Assembly: GCA_038065095.1 (NCBI GenBank) | Contig: JBBTRR010000004.1 | Coordinates: 15,998 to 79,997, forward strand | DNA length: 64,000 bases | Source of the DNA: Patescibacteria group bacterium | GTDB lineage: Bacteria; Patescibacteriota; Minisyncoccia; JACQLN01 | Direction of reading: 5' to 3' | Notes under the pieces: model-generated | Databases searched by the model: none | The model's input: only the letters and a program-made list of their open reading frames with translations | What the model was told of the DNA's origin: nothing | Part shown: positions 9,403-19,653 of the stretch, piece by piece | Layout of the letters: every line of letters begins with the position of its first letter | Numbering within the stretch: the stretch's first letter is position 1 | Program-made: the position numbers and the translations under genes

Positions 9403-10920
9403 TTAATTTTGCGGTCTATATTGCAACGCTTCGTTAATATGATCGGGCGCAATATTTTCCGATGCTGAAAGATCAGCAATAGTGCGGGCGAGTTTTAAAA
9501 CTCGGTGGTAACCGCGGGCCGAAAGATTATATTTATAAACCGCGGTTTTAATAAGTTCTTGGCATTTTTCGTCTAGCCGGCAAAATAGTTTTATATCTTT
9601 TAACCGCATTTCGCTATTAGTAGCAAAGCCAAAATTTTTAAATCTTTCACGTTGGATTTTTCTGGCACTTTCCACCCGTTCTCTAATCTTATTTGATGCT
9701 TCGGCTACACTTTCCGAGGCTAATTTTTCGTATTGTACTCTGGGCACCTCCACGTGAAGGTCTATCCTGTCTAAAAGAGGTCCAGAGATTTTTCTTTTAT
9801 ATTTTTGAACTTGAAAAGGTGTGCAAACACATTCTTTTTGTGGGTCGTTTAAAAAACCACAAGGGCAGGGGTTCATAGTGGCGGTTAAAATAAATTTAGC
9901 GGGGAAAGTTAAACTACCTTTTACACGCGAAACTGTAACAGTGCCGTCTTCTAAGGGTTGGCGCAAACTTTCTAAAACATCGCGGTTAAATTCGGGAAAT
10001 TCGTCTAAAAATAAAACACCTCGGTGCGATAAAGTTATTTCACCTGGTTTAGGCACACTGCCCCCGCCAACTAAGGCCGCGGCCGAAGACGTATGATGTG
10101 GCGATCTAAATGGCCGTGTTCTTATTAACGGTTCTTTGTGGCTGATTAAACCAGCTACCGAAAAAATTCTAGTGCTCTCTAAAATTTCTTCTTTTTCCAT
10201 AGCAGGTAATATAGAAATTAAAGCTCGAGCTAGCAATGTTTTGCCGGATCCCGGGGGCCCGCTCATTAGTATGTTGTGATTTCCTGCCGCAGTAACTTCT
10301 AGGGCGCGCTTGGCAAAATCTTGGTCTTTAATATAGGCAAAATCGTGTTCGTATTCTTGCTTAATTGGCGCGAGAATAACTGGTTCTATGGGTTTTATTA
10401 TTTTTCTTTTAGAAAAATGTTCGCAGGCTTCGGCTAGGTTTTTTAGTGGAAAAATATCTATACCATCAACTAGTCCAGCTTCCTTAGCGTTTTCTTCGGG
10501 TACATAAAGTTCTTTTGTGCCAAATGTTCTTGCCATAATAGCAATTGGCATAACACCAAAAACAGGTCTAATAGAACCGTCTAATGCGAGTTCGCCTATG
10601 AATATTTTACCTTCGGGGTCAAAATTAATCTGCCTAGAAACTAAAAGATAAGCCAAGGCTATCGGGAGGTCATATTTTGGGCCTTCTTTTTTTAGATCAG
10701 CTGGAGCCAAATTAACAATTACTCGCTTATTAGATTGATTTGGTGGAATTAAACCCGTATTTTTTATAGCAGCCGAAACCCTATCTTTAGCTTCTTCTAT
10801 GGCTTTATCTGGTAAGCCTACAATATTAAAAACATGTAGACCTCGGGCAAGGTCTACCTCAACTTCTACAGGTTGAGCATCTAAGCCAACCAAAGCCGCA
10901 GAATATATTTTACTAGGCAC
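9403..10920 (-). CDS. comM: ComM/YifB Mg-chelatase-like AAA+ ATPase
   Basis: IVGLPD, VNLAPADLKKEG, GPPGSGKT, RPFRSPHH, LFLDEFPEF, MNPCPCG, SGPLLDRID. Confidence 0.95.
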   Translation of the reverse strand: MPSKIYSAALVGLDAQPVEVEVDLARGLHVFNIVGLPDKAIEEAKDRVSAAIKNTGLIPPNQSNKRVIVNLAPADLKKEGPKYDLPIALAYLLVSRQINFDPEGKIFIGELALDGSIRPVFGVMPIAIMARTFGTKELYVPEENAKEAGLVDGIDIFPLKNLAEACEHFSKRKIIKPIEPVILAPIKQEYEHDFAYIKDQDFAKRALEVTAAGNHNILMSGPPGSGKTLLARALISILPAMEKEEILESTRIFSVAGLISHKEPLIRTRPFRSPHHTSSAAALVGGGSVPKPGEITLSHRGVLFLDEFPEFNRDVLESLRQPLEDGTVTVSRVKGSLTFPAKFILTATMNPCPCGFLNDPQKECVCTPFQVQKYKRKISGPLLDRIDLHVEVPRVQYEKLASESVAEASNKIRERVESARKIQRERFKNFGFATNSEMRLKDIKLFCRLDEKCQELIKTAVYKYNLSARGYHRVLKLARTIADLSASENIAPDHINEALQYRPQN

Positions 10921-11024
10921 ACATATATATCAAATATCAAAGATTAAAAATCAAAGTTATAATTCAAATTTTAAATTTTTATTTTTGATATGTAATTTTG
11001 ATATTTTGTTTTTAATTTTTGATT

Positions 11025-11378
11025 TTAATTAGTATGTTGGGTGCAGTTTCTGGCCGAAGGATTTGCACGTAAGCGTTCTATATCTATTGCTGTTCCGCAT
11101 TTTTCACATATACCAAAAGTATTATTTTTAATTTTATCTAAAGAATCGTTAATATCTCGCAACCTTGTTTCTAGGCTGTGTTCCATTGGTAAACGAGTGA
11201 TATATTCTGTTACCTCTTGAGAATTTTCATCCCAACCATCGCCTAAGTTTTCATAGGTGGTATCCCAATCGCCTTTTATATTTTTGTCGGGGTGAGCAAA
11301 AGAAGTTAGCTCCTCGGTTAAGGCTTTTCTCTCTTTTTCTAAAAGTAATCCCAGTTCTTTTATTAATTCTTGATTCAT
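11025..11378 (-). CDS. TraR/DksA C4-type zinc finger protein
   Basis: Coiled coil followed by FGICEKCG..I..ERL.A.PSA..C. Confidence 0.88.
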   Translation of the reverse strand: MNQELIKELGLLLEKERKALTEELTSFAHPDKNIKGDWDTTYENLGDGWDENSQEVTEYITRLPMEHSLETRLRDINDSLDKIKNNTFGICEKCGTAIDIERLRANPSARNCTQHTN

Positions 11379-11582
11379 TTACTCATTATATTTTATTAGT
11401 TTGAATAAGAAAAGCCTAGTAACGTACATTCGTATGCGTTACTAGGCAAAGCTCCGTAAGTTCAACTAGCTTGAGTTACTGGGGGCTGATTTGCCATGTT
11501 TTATATATTGTGCTTATATATACAAACATCAGACACGGATTGAACCTTACAAAATAACCCCCTATAACAAGGAGTTTGTAGC

Positions 11583-12476
11583 ATGAAACGAGCTGCTTTG
11601 ATCGCCTTTTTGGCGATTTTCACAGTTTTACCTAGGTTGTCTTTTGCCTTTGTAACTAGAGGAGATACCGTCTATTTTGATGGTTACAGTAGTTGGGCTT
11701 ATACATACAAAGACAATGCTGGGAGTGATAATCATTTGACTCTCAATAGGCTTTGGCTGAATAGCTATAAAGATATCAATCTTCCTTATGAAGTTGGTCG
11801 TTCTTATATTTTAATGGCCGCATCTTTGGAAGATAAGGTTGTAAAGATTCAAGAGTCCAGCTTAAATTGGGCTGTAGCCTTTGGTCCAGTTAACAAAGTA
11901 ACTATTGGCCGATTTGCTCCACCATTTGCGGAAGAGTGGCTGAAAGATCCTGACCAACTGAACTTGGTTAGGTATTCGTCAATTTTTGATCAGTTAGTCT
12001 ATCGAGATGATGGCGCGCAAATTGATTTATCAAAAAAAAGATTGCGTGTATCGTTCGCATCTTTTTTAGGTGAACGTAGTGGTGGAGTTGTGCGTGAACA
12101 GAAAGACGGCAAAGCCCACTTGTATTCAAAGGCAGTTTTTATTCTGCCCGGGAGCATTGAGTTTTCTGGTAGTTACAGATGGAGCCGTACTCGGAATAAT
12201 CTTTGGGCGGCTTCTGGGAAATGGCAGAAAAGTAATTTCAGAAGCGTCTCCTTTGAGGTAGTTGGTTTTGGAAAAGATATTCAGTGGTTTGCTAATTACG
12301 GCCAAAAAATCGCAACTCACTTTTTAGTTACCGCGAGATACGAAGATTTAAAGTATCAGTCGAACAGAACTATTCTTGGGGTTAGGTTTTATACGAGGCA
12401 TATTGATATAAAAACTTCTACAGTATTTTCTGATCCACCTGTTTGGATTTCATCAGAAGTGTTGTTTCGATTCTAG
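11583..12476 (+). CDS. Secreted beta-strand-rich protein, porin (OprO/P)-like
   Basis: Signal peptide, amphipathic strands, TIGRFAPPFAEE and YRDDG motifs, C-terminal Phe; AAGGAG RBS. Confidence 0.6.
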   Translation: MKRAALIAFLAIFTVLPRLSFAFVTRGDTVYFDGYSSWAYTYKDNAGSDNHLTLNRLWLNSYKDINLPYEVGRSYILMAASLEDKVVKIQESSLNWAVAFGPVNKVTIGRFAPPFAEEWLKDPDQLNLVRYSSIFDQLVYRDDGAQIDLSKKRLRVSFASFLGERSGGVVREQKDGKAHLYSKAVFILPGSIEFSGSYRWSRTRNNLWAASGKWQKSNFRSVSFEVVGFGKDIQWFANYGQKIATHFLVTARYEDLKYQSNRTILGVRFYTRHIDIKTSTVFSDPPVWISSEVLFRF

Positions 12477-13255
12477 ATTTTGTTCCAAAAATAAGTCCGT
12501 GTTCCATAGCGAACGCGGATTTTTTATTGTTTATTTATGAGCGTAGCGAATAACTATAAACAATAACCCCGCCCCAAACCAAGCATTAAAAAGTTTAGTG
12601 CAAGTTGAGAGCCGAAGGCGTATCGCTAATAAACAAATTAAGTGAGCATAGTCGATTGGGTTTGATGCGGGGTATGATAAACAATAAAAAAACCTGCTCT
12701 GGATCGAGCAGGTTGTGCATCGCAACTTTTTTGTTGCAGTGCTAGAAAATAAGCACCCTGTGTTTCCCAATTTATTTTTTTATAAAGAACTAACAATAAC
12801 TGAAAAATTATACTAACAGAAACATTTGCATGTTCCGTTTTCTAGGCTCGGAACAACGTTGTTCTCCGATTGTTATCGGAGAGGATATGTTGGAGTCGGT
12901 TCAATCAACCAACTATTTATATTTGGGTCGGAACCGACCCAACAAGCTCCCGCAATTTTTTTGTTGCGAGAAAAAATTTCTAAGGTATCCCAATTTAAAT
13001 ACGGAAGCCTTAGAGTTCTAGCCAACTCATCCCATGTAGGGAATTAAAAGAACAATGTAGCACCAACATTAACCAGTTGGCACCGATAAATAAAAACAAT
13101 TGAACCAGTTAGAACTAACTTAATCTTCGCACCACACTGCATAAAAGTAAATACAACAGAATCCCAAAATGATGTCTAGGAGTGTCAACAAGTTAATCGT
13201 GCGATGGTTGCTCGGATTTTTGAAGGTATTTTTTTAAAAAGCTTGCAAAGAACAG

Positions 13256-13981
13256 TCAATTTTCCACAGAGTCATTTTCATCATTTTTAAATTGTGATCT
13301 TTGCGTGGCTTTAAAATAGTTAGATATTGGAAAGTGGTAGGCTATTAAATTTGGAGTAATTTCAAAATCAAATGTTAAAGAATTTTTGTTTAAAACTTTT
13401 TTTTCAAATTTGTTTTTTAAATAATGAGTTTGAATTTTATAAGAAATTTTTTCTAAAAAATTTGCGAGATTTATTTTTTCTAAAACTTTTTCCAAAAAAG
13501 TTTTAAGCCAAATTTTTTTATTATCATATTTAACTAAAAAACTTTTTTCGTTTTCAAAATCAGTTTCATAAAAGTTTTTTAGCCAATAATTTTCACTCCA
13601 GAAATTTTTTATTTCACTTTCGTTGCCCCAAACAGGTTTTAAGTTTTTATAAAAACTTGCGCCAATTAAATCTTGGTGTGGTAGTAATGGCGAAGAGTTA
13701 GATAAAAAAATATTAAAACAAAATCTATTTTTTATTTTTTTCTTTGATCTTCTTTTGCCAAAAATAAAAGTTGCAAGTTCTAAAAAGAGTCTGTTTAACC
13801 AGACTCTTTTTTCCTCCGAAATTATTATTAAATCAATGTCGCTTTCAGGTTTAGGATTACCTACGGCGGTGGAGCCTGCTAAAAAAATTGCGCGAGTGTA
13901 AGGGCAGTTTATTAGTATTGGCAAAAATTTTTTTAGCAGAGATATTTTATAATCAATTTCTTTTTTAAAGCTAAGAAACAT
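13256..13981 (-). CDS. Nucleotidyltransferase-domain protein
   Basis: GSTA.G....SDIDLII pol-beta NTase motif. Confidence 0.8.
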   Translation of the reverse strand: MFLSFKKEIDYKISLLKKFLPILINCPYTRAIFLAGSTAVGNPKPESDIDLIIISEEKRVWLNRLFLELATFIFGKRRSKKKIKNRFCFNIFLSNSSPLLPHQDLIGASFYKNLKPVWGNESEIKNFWSENYWLKNFYETDFENEKSFLVKYDNKKIWLKTFLEKVLEKINLANFLEKISYKIQTHYLKNKFEKKVLNKNSLTFDFEITPNLIAYHFPISNYFKATQRSQFKNDENDSVEN

Positions 13982-13982
13982 T

Positions 13983-15440
13983 TTATGGATTTGTAATTAT
14001 GACCGAATCAATTGCTTTTAATATAGCACTCTTAGAAGTGGTTATTATTAGAACATCGTCTATTAAAGTATATTCCACTGTAATTGTATTTATGGGTAAG
14101 TTTTTATAATGAATAGTTTGGTTTTGGTAAGTTCCTGTTTGGAAAGTCGGGCTAGCTGCTACACCTACTTTAGATAGCACTAAAGGTTTAAGATCGGTAA
14201 CCATTGTTTTTTCCCAAGCCTTAAGTGGTGCAGAAATTTTTGTGGAATCTAAAACTTTTATAGCCATACCTAATCTTGGTCCGTAACAAGAAGTAGGAGA
14301 ATTTTTTATTTTGGCACATTCGGTTTTATCGAAAGCTTTATTGCCACCGAAGGCGAATACATCAAATTCACTTGAAAGTTCTTTTTTAACTGAAATAGGA
14401 ATTTTTATCTTTAATACCTTCATTATTTCATCTAAAGTGGTTATTTCGGTGACTGAAGATTCATTTGTGGTAGTGTCGGTTACACTTTTTTGGACAATTA
14501 ATTTTGCAAGTATATTGTCTCCAACTAGTTCATTATTTATTTTTATTATGTTGGCAACATCTACGATTTGTGTATTTGGGTCATAAGAAAGCAAGCCAGT
14601 AGCAATAGGCTCTGTTGGAATTTGAACTTCTGGAGTTGCAGGTGCTTGTTCTATAGGTAACAATGGTTGCAATTCTTGAGGTGGAGGTAAAATATCTTGC
14701 GTGGTTGCTTGTTCTGAAGCTGGTGTTTGACGCAAAAAGAACCACCATATTTCTCCGGCCACAAAAGATAAAATTAAAACCGATATAACTCCAATCAAAA
14801 CCAATTTACCCCTGCCACCTTTTCTGGAAGGAAAAGAAGATACACCACCTTGTTTCGATGGTATTGGTGGTAAAGGCGGAAGATTTGGTCTAAATGTTGG
14901 CAGTGGAGGTAATGGTGGTAGTTTTGGTGGTTGCTGTTGTTGCTGCTGTATGGGTGGTTGAGTTAAAGGCCTTGGAGGAGGCATGGGAGTAGGAGATGGT
15001 CGAGATGGCATTGTAGTAGGCTCCATTGGTAATCCCAGAGGAGGAGCTTGGCGTTGTTGTTGATAATTTTCTGGTGGCATTATAGGTTTTTTAATTGGAG
15101 TTTCAAATGGTTGAGGTTTACTAGGAGAAAGTGGTGGGGGTGAAACTAGTGGTTTTGAATATTGGTGATTTATATTTTCTTCTCTGCTTACTTCTAGTTT
15201 TTTGCTTTCTGGTATCGGAAGGCCTCGTTTTATTGTGCCTATGTCTGGAAAAGAAGGTTTAATTTGGGGTTGGCTAATATTTGAAGGGGCTAGGGTTATT
15301 TCTGAATGCAAAGACCCCGAACCCTTTTTAAGGGCTTCAATATCGCCAGCCATAGTTCTTATTTTATAGGCCAGAGAGTTTTTTGGTTCTTGGGTTGTAG
15401 AAGAAGGAGGCACGGATAAAATTAAAAAATCAAAAATCAA
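13983..15440 (-). CDS. Pro/Gln-rich single-pass membrane protein (start uncertain)
   Basis: IRTM..D N-terminal motif, long proline-rich linker, TM helix, C-terminal domain. Confidence 0.8.
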   Translation of the reverse strand: MIFDFLILSVPPSSTTQEPKNSLAYKIRTMAGDIEALKKGSGSLHSEITLAPSNISQPQIKPSFPDIGTIKRGLPIPESKKLEVSREENINHQYSKPLVSPPPLSPSKPQPFETPIKKPIMPPENYQQQRQAPPLGLPMEPTTMPSRPSPTPMPPPRPLTQPPIQQQQQQPPKLPPLPPLPTFRPNLPPLPPIPSKQGGVSSFPSRKGGRGKLVLIGVISVLILSFVAGEIWWFFLRQTPASEQATTQDILPPPQELQPLLPIEQAPATPEVQIPTEPIATGLLSYDPNTQIVDVANIIKINNELVGDNILAKLIVQKSVTDTTTNESSVTEITTLDEIMKVLKIKIPISVKKELSSEFDVFAFGGNKAFDKTECAKIKNSPTSCYGPRLGMAIKVLDSTKISAPLKAWEKTMVTDLKPLVLSKVGVAASPTFQTGTYQNQTIHYKNLPINTITVEYTLIDDVLIITTSKSAILKAIDSVIITNP

Positions 15441-15519
15441 ATCTTAAAAGTTTGGTATCCGCCCAAGACGGTTTTTCTATAACTTTTTAATTTTGACTTG
15501 TAATTTTTCCTTTTAAATT

Positions 15520-17628
15520 TTAATTTTTAACTTGTTTTTGTGCGTCTTTAAGTGAAAGATTTATTCTGCCTTCGGTGTCTATATTTTTTACTACAACAGG
15601 GACTACGTCTCCTACATTTACAATATCCTCTACTCTATTTACGCGAAATGGTGCTAGTTCAGAAATATGGATCAAGCCCTGTTGACCAGGCAGTATTTCG
15701 GCAAATGCGCCAAAATCTAATATTTTTACTATTTTACCTTGGAACATTTCTCCTTGAACAATTTCGCGTGTAAGACTGTCTATCCATTCTTTGGCCTTTT
15801 GGACCGATTCTTCATTGTTAGAAGTTATAAAGATAGTGCCATCATCGTCTATATCTATTGTAACACCAGTTTCATCTGTTATCTGGTGAATAGTTTTCCC
15901 GCCCACGCCAATAACATCTCTAATTTTAGCAGGATTTATTTTTAAAGTTAATATTTTTGGTGCATAAGGCGACATTTTCTTTCTTGGTTCGGGAATAATT
16001 TTTAGCATGGCTTCAAGAATTTCTAATCTAGCTTTTTTAGCTTGAACCAAGGCTTGTGAAAGTATTTTAGAGGTTAAACCCGATATTTTTACATCCAGCT
16101 GCAAAACATTAACACCTTCTTTTGTACCAGCTATTTTAAAATCCATATCGCCATAATGATCTTCTGCTCCTTGTAAATCTGTAACAACGACAAACTTTTT
16201 TTCTGGATTGGTTTCGTCTTCAATAAATAAACCCATAGCTATGCCAGCTACTGGTTTTTTAATTTTTACACCTGCGTCCATTAAAGCCAGAGTCGAACCG
16301 CAAGTAGCCGCCATAGAAGTGGAGCCATTAGAAGAAAGAATTTCTGTTACAACCCTAATTGTATAGGGGAAATCTCCTTTGGTAGGAAGTACAGGTTCTA
16401 GCGCGCTTTCAGCTAGCGCACCGTGACCTATTTCTCTTCGGCCTGGGTTGCCAGTTTTACCGGTTTCTCCCGAAGAAAATGGAGGAAAGTTATAATGGTG
16501 GATATAACGTTTATTACCCTCAAATTCCATTGTTTCAATAGATTGTTCCATGCCCGGAGCGCCTAGTGTGGCAACGCACAAGGCTTGGGTTTGGCCTCTT
16601 TGGAAAATAGCCGAACCATGGGTGCGTGGCAGCACGCCAACTTCAATACTAAGTTCGCGGATTTCTTCTATTTTTCTGCCATCTACGCGTTTGTTTTTTT
16701 CTAAAATATTTTTATGAATTATTTCATTCATTTCTTCTTCAAAAAGAATGTTGGCTTCGGCTATATTTTTAGGAGTTTTTTTATCTTCGGCCATACTTAG
16801 AAAAAACTCTTTTTTAATTTCTTCGGTAGCTTCCATATCGCCCTTAGAGATAACTTCTTCTAAGCGTTTACCAACAAAACTTTTTATTTCTTTTCTTAAG
16901 GCTTCATCTGCAGAAGGCACAGAGACCAATAATGGCTTATGACCAAGAGTTTCAACTATACTTTTTTGGAAGCTTATTAATTTTTGTGTTTCTTTTTGGG
17001 CGATTTCAAAAGCCGAAATTAAATCTTCCTCGGTTACTTCGTTGGAACGGCACTCTATCATATTTACTAACTTTTCTGGGCCGGAAATAACTAAATCCAA
17101 ATCACTTTTAGCACGCTGGGCATAATTTGGGTTTACTATTATTTTTTTATTTTCATCTCGCCCTACCCTTACGGTCCCTACTGGGCCATTCCAAGGAATA
17201 CCAGAAATTAATATGGCAGTGGATCCTGCAATTATGGCAGGTATATCTGCATCATTTTCTCCATCAAAAGATAAAACAGTTACAATAAGCTGAACCTCGT
17301 TTCTTAATCTGTGGTTAAACAGAGGGCGTAAGGTTCTATCTATTAAACGAGCGGTTAGAACAGCTTCATCTGTGGCTTTGCCTTCTCTTTTTACCCAACG
17401 AGAAGCTTTAATTTTACCTGCAGCATAATATCTTTCTTCAAAATCTACGCTAAGTGGAAAGTAATCTATGCCGGTTCGTTCGTTTTTAGACATAACTACT
17501 GTGGCTAATACCACGGTTTCACCATAAGTTACTGTTACAGCGCCGTTGGCTTGCATGGCCAAATGACCTGTTTCCACCACCAATTTTTTTGAACCTATTT
17601 CAGTTTCAAATATTTTTTTATTATTCAC
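15520..17628 (-). CDS. pnp: Polyribonucleotide nucleotidyltransferase
   Basis: RLIDRTLRPLF, RTHGSAIFQRGQTQ, RREIGHG, SNGSTSMA, GDMDFK, KH and S1 domains. Confidence 0.98.
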   Translation of the reverse strand: MNNKKIFETEIGSKKLVVETGHLAMQANGAVTVTYGETVVLATVVMSKNERTGIDYFPLSVDFEERYYAAGKIKASRWVKREGKATDEAVLTARLIDRTLRPLFNHRLRNEVQLIVTVLSFDGENDADIPAIIAGSTAILISGIPWNGPVGTVRVGRDENKKIIVNPNYAQRAKSDLDLVISGPEKLVNMIECRSNEVTEEDLISAFEIAQKETQKLISFQKSIVETLGHKPLLVSVPSADEALRKEIKSFVGKRLEEVISKGDMEATEEIKKEFFLSMAEDKKTPKNIAEANILFEEEMNEIIHKNILEKNKRVDGRKIEEIRELSIEVGVLPRTHGSAIFQRGQTQALCVATLGAPGMEQSIETMEFEGNKRYIHHYNFPPFSSGETGKTGNPGRREIGHGALAESALEPVLPTKGDFPYTIRVVTEILSSNGSTSMAATCGSTLALMDAGVKIKKPVAGIAMGLFIEDETNPEKKFVVVTDLQGAEDHYGDMDFKIAGTKEGVNVLQLDVKISGLTSKILSQALVQAKKARLEILEAMLKIIPEPRKKMSPYAPKILTLKINPAKIRDVIGVGGKTIHQITDETGVTIDIDDDGTIFITSNNEESVQKAKEWIDSLTREIVQGEMFQGKIVKILDFGAFAEILPGQQGLIHISELAPFRVNRVEDIVNVGDVVPVVVKNIDTEGRINLSLKDAQKQVKN

Positions 17629-17730
17629 TTATATTGTCGGCCGACAATACAACCAAGGCTCGAATGTATCCTTATACTTCCCCTGCAAAGAAACATAAGG
17701 ATAAACTCGCTTTCCGATTGTTCGTCGGCT

Positions 17731-18249
17731 TTATTGTTTATTATTTTTTCCTAGTAAGTACTGTTCATTAACTCCTAAATTAACAAAAATATCGGCTGAT
17801 TCTATAAGTTTAGCCGAAGCCGTTCTTTCAAAAGCCATAACCTCAACTTGAAGTCCACGGTTAAATTTTAAATATTCAACCAATGGAACAAAGTCGCCAT
17901 CTCCTGTTACCAAAACAACAGCATCTAACTGGGCCGATAATCTTACAGCATCAATAGCCATACCCACATCCCAGTCGCCTTTTTTCATGCCACCAGGAAA
18001 AATCTGAAGGTCTTTAACCCTCATTTCTATGCCTAATTTATTTAGAGCTTCAAAAAAAGACTTTTCTTCTCCAGATTCTGTCTTTATAACATAGGCCATA
18101 ACTCTAACAAGCTTCCTTCCAGACATAGCCATTCTAAGGACTTCTTTAAAGTTAACTCTACTATTATGTATATGCTTTGCAGAGTGATACAAATTTTGGA
18201 CGTCTATAAAGACACCTACTCTTTGTTCTTTATGTTTTATAGCAGACAT
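17731..18249 (-). CDS. NYN (LabA/DUF88) domain protein
   Basis: VFIDVQNLY, KGDWDVGMAID, LVTGDGDFVPLV. Confidence 0.92.
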   Translation of the reverse strand: MSAIKHKEQRVGVFIDVQNLYHSAKHIHNSRVNFKEVLRMAMSGRKLVRVMAYVIKTESGEEKSFFEALNKLGIEMRVKDLQIFPGGMKKGDWDVGMAIDAVRLSAQLDAVVLVTGDGDFVPLVEYLKFNRGLQVEVMAFERTASAKLIESADIFVNLGVNEQYLLGKNNKQ

Positions 18250-18361
18250 TTAGTTTATAGTTTATGGTTATTGGTTTTAGTTGATTAGTCTCAGGTTTTT
18301 AGTTTTACCGTATAACTACAAACTAAAAACCAGAACTTAAAACCAAGAACTAAAAACAGTC

Positions 18362-18628
18362 TTATTTCTTTAACCCTAGTTTCTTTATTAAGGAGTTATA
18401 TTTTTTCTCGTCGTTTTTGGATAAGTAATTCAAAAGAGACTTTCTGTGAGAAACCATCTTAAGAAGACCTCTGCGGGAGTGATTATCCTTAGGATTTTTC
18501 TTGAGATGCAAAGCCAGTCGTTCTATTTCTTCTGTAATAACGGCAACCTGAACACTGGCTGAGCCAGTATCCTTTTCGTGGTCTTGATAAGACTTGATTA
18601 TTTTGTCTTTTTGTTTTGTTGTAAGCAT
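18362..18628 (-). CDS. rpsO: 30S ribosomal protein S15
   Basis: [23 protein letters not shown]. Confidence 0.98.
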   Translation of the reverse strand: MLTTKQKDKIIKSYQDHEKDTGSASVQVAVITEEIERLALHLKKNPKDNHSRRGLLKMVSHRKSLLNYLSKNDEKKYNSLIKKLGLKK

Positions 18629-18891
18629 AAAAACATTAGTCGGAACAGTATTAATTGTTCCAATTAGGTGCTTAATTTATTTCCCTAATATTAACAGCCA
18701 TTATTCTTTTTGGCAAATGCCCAGCATTCTATCGCTAAAACACATATTATTTAAGCTATTCTTTACAAATATACGATATTTAATTGTTACAGCATTAACG
18801 TCTTTTTTGTACTCGTTTAAGGGTTACCATAACGCAGATATTAAGAATTATGGTTAATATAAAAAATAAAAAAACTAATCATAAACCATCC

Positions 18892-18927
18892 ATCCTCATA
18901 ATCACGCTCGAGCGTGATTATGAGGAT
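18892..18927. repeat. 36-bp perfect palindrome, copy 1 of CTCAT-N5-CGCTCGAGCG-N5-ATGAG
   Basis: ATCCTCATAATCACGCTCGAGCGTGATTATGAGGAT. Confidence 0.9.
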
Positions 18928-18966
18928 AGTACAGTACAGATGATAATCAGGAATATATTTTAAATA

Positions 18967-19461
18967 TTAGTATATGGCTGACTCAATATGTTTTATTTTT
19001 GCCTTTTTTGAAACTGAATCTATTTCAATTAAAACCGCGTCTATTTGCCAATCAGTATCTTGATCTATATTTTTTTCCGAAATATACAACTGGCATGTTC
19101 TAATAAGCTTTTTTTGTTTAAAATAGGTTAGATTATCTTCTGGTTTTAACCCAAATACATTTTTTAACGTTTTTACTTCAACAAATATTAATTTTTTATT
19201 GTTTGTTCCGTATGGATTATTTAAATTTTTGTCGTGTAAGTTTTTTTTATGCAGAGTATTTAAAACTTTGTTAGTTAATTTGTTCCATATAGAACCATTG
19301 TTATATTTTTTAAAACAAATTATATCTATTTCACCCCATTTTCTTCTAAAATTTCTTTCTATTATTTTATAACCTTTATCTTTTAGATATCTACACGCAA
19401 TATCTTCGCCAATTTTACCTACCTTAAGATGCTGTGGAGAATTAGGTTCTATGTGGAACAT
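18967..19461 (-). CDS. yraN: YraN-family (UPF0102) nuclease with an internal ~30-aa insertion
   Basis: GKIGEDIACRYL..KGY.IIERN...WGEIDII...FVEVK...WQID. Confidence 0.9.
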   Translation of the reverse strand: MFHIEPNSPQHLKVGKIGEDIACRYLKDKGYKIIERNFRRKWGEIDIICFKKYNNGSIWNKLTNKVLNTLHKKNLHDKNLNNPYGTNNKKLIFVEVKTLKNVFGLKPEDNLTYFKQKKLIRTCQLYISEKNIDQDTDWQIDAVLIEIDSVSKKAKIKHIESAIY

Positions 19462-19521
19462 AAAATAGAGTGTAGAATTAGATATATAGTTAAATGATTA
19501 CTTTTGATTGTTTCAAACTTT

Positions 19522-19553
19522 TCTCATTTTGTCGCTCGAGCGAAAAGATGAGA
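19522..19553. repeat. Palindrome copy 2 (upstream of the PaaX-like gene)
   Basis: TCTCATTTTGTCGCTCGAGCGAAAAGATGAGA. Confidence 0.9.
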
Positions 19554-19653
19554 TTGATGTGAAAAAAGAGAAAAGGAGAAGAGACGAGACAAAATATAAA
19601 AAATTAGAGAAATTAGAGATGGATAAGTTTATATAATTTACAAGTTTGAATAA

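Noticed and set aside
14860-15150. Pro/Gln low-complexity tract as a DNA repeat element
   Set aside because: An ordinary disordered linker with varied codons.
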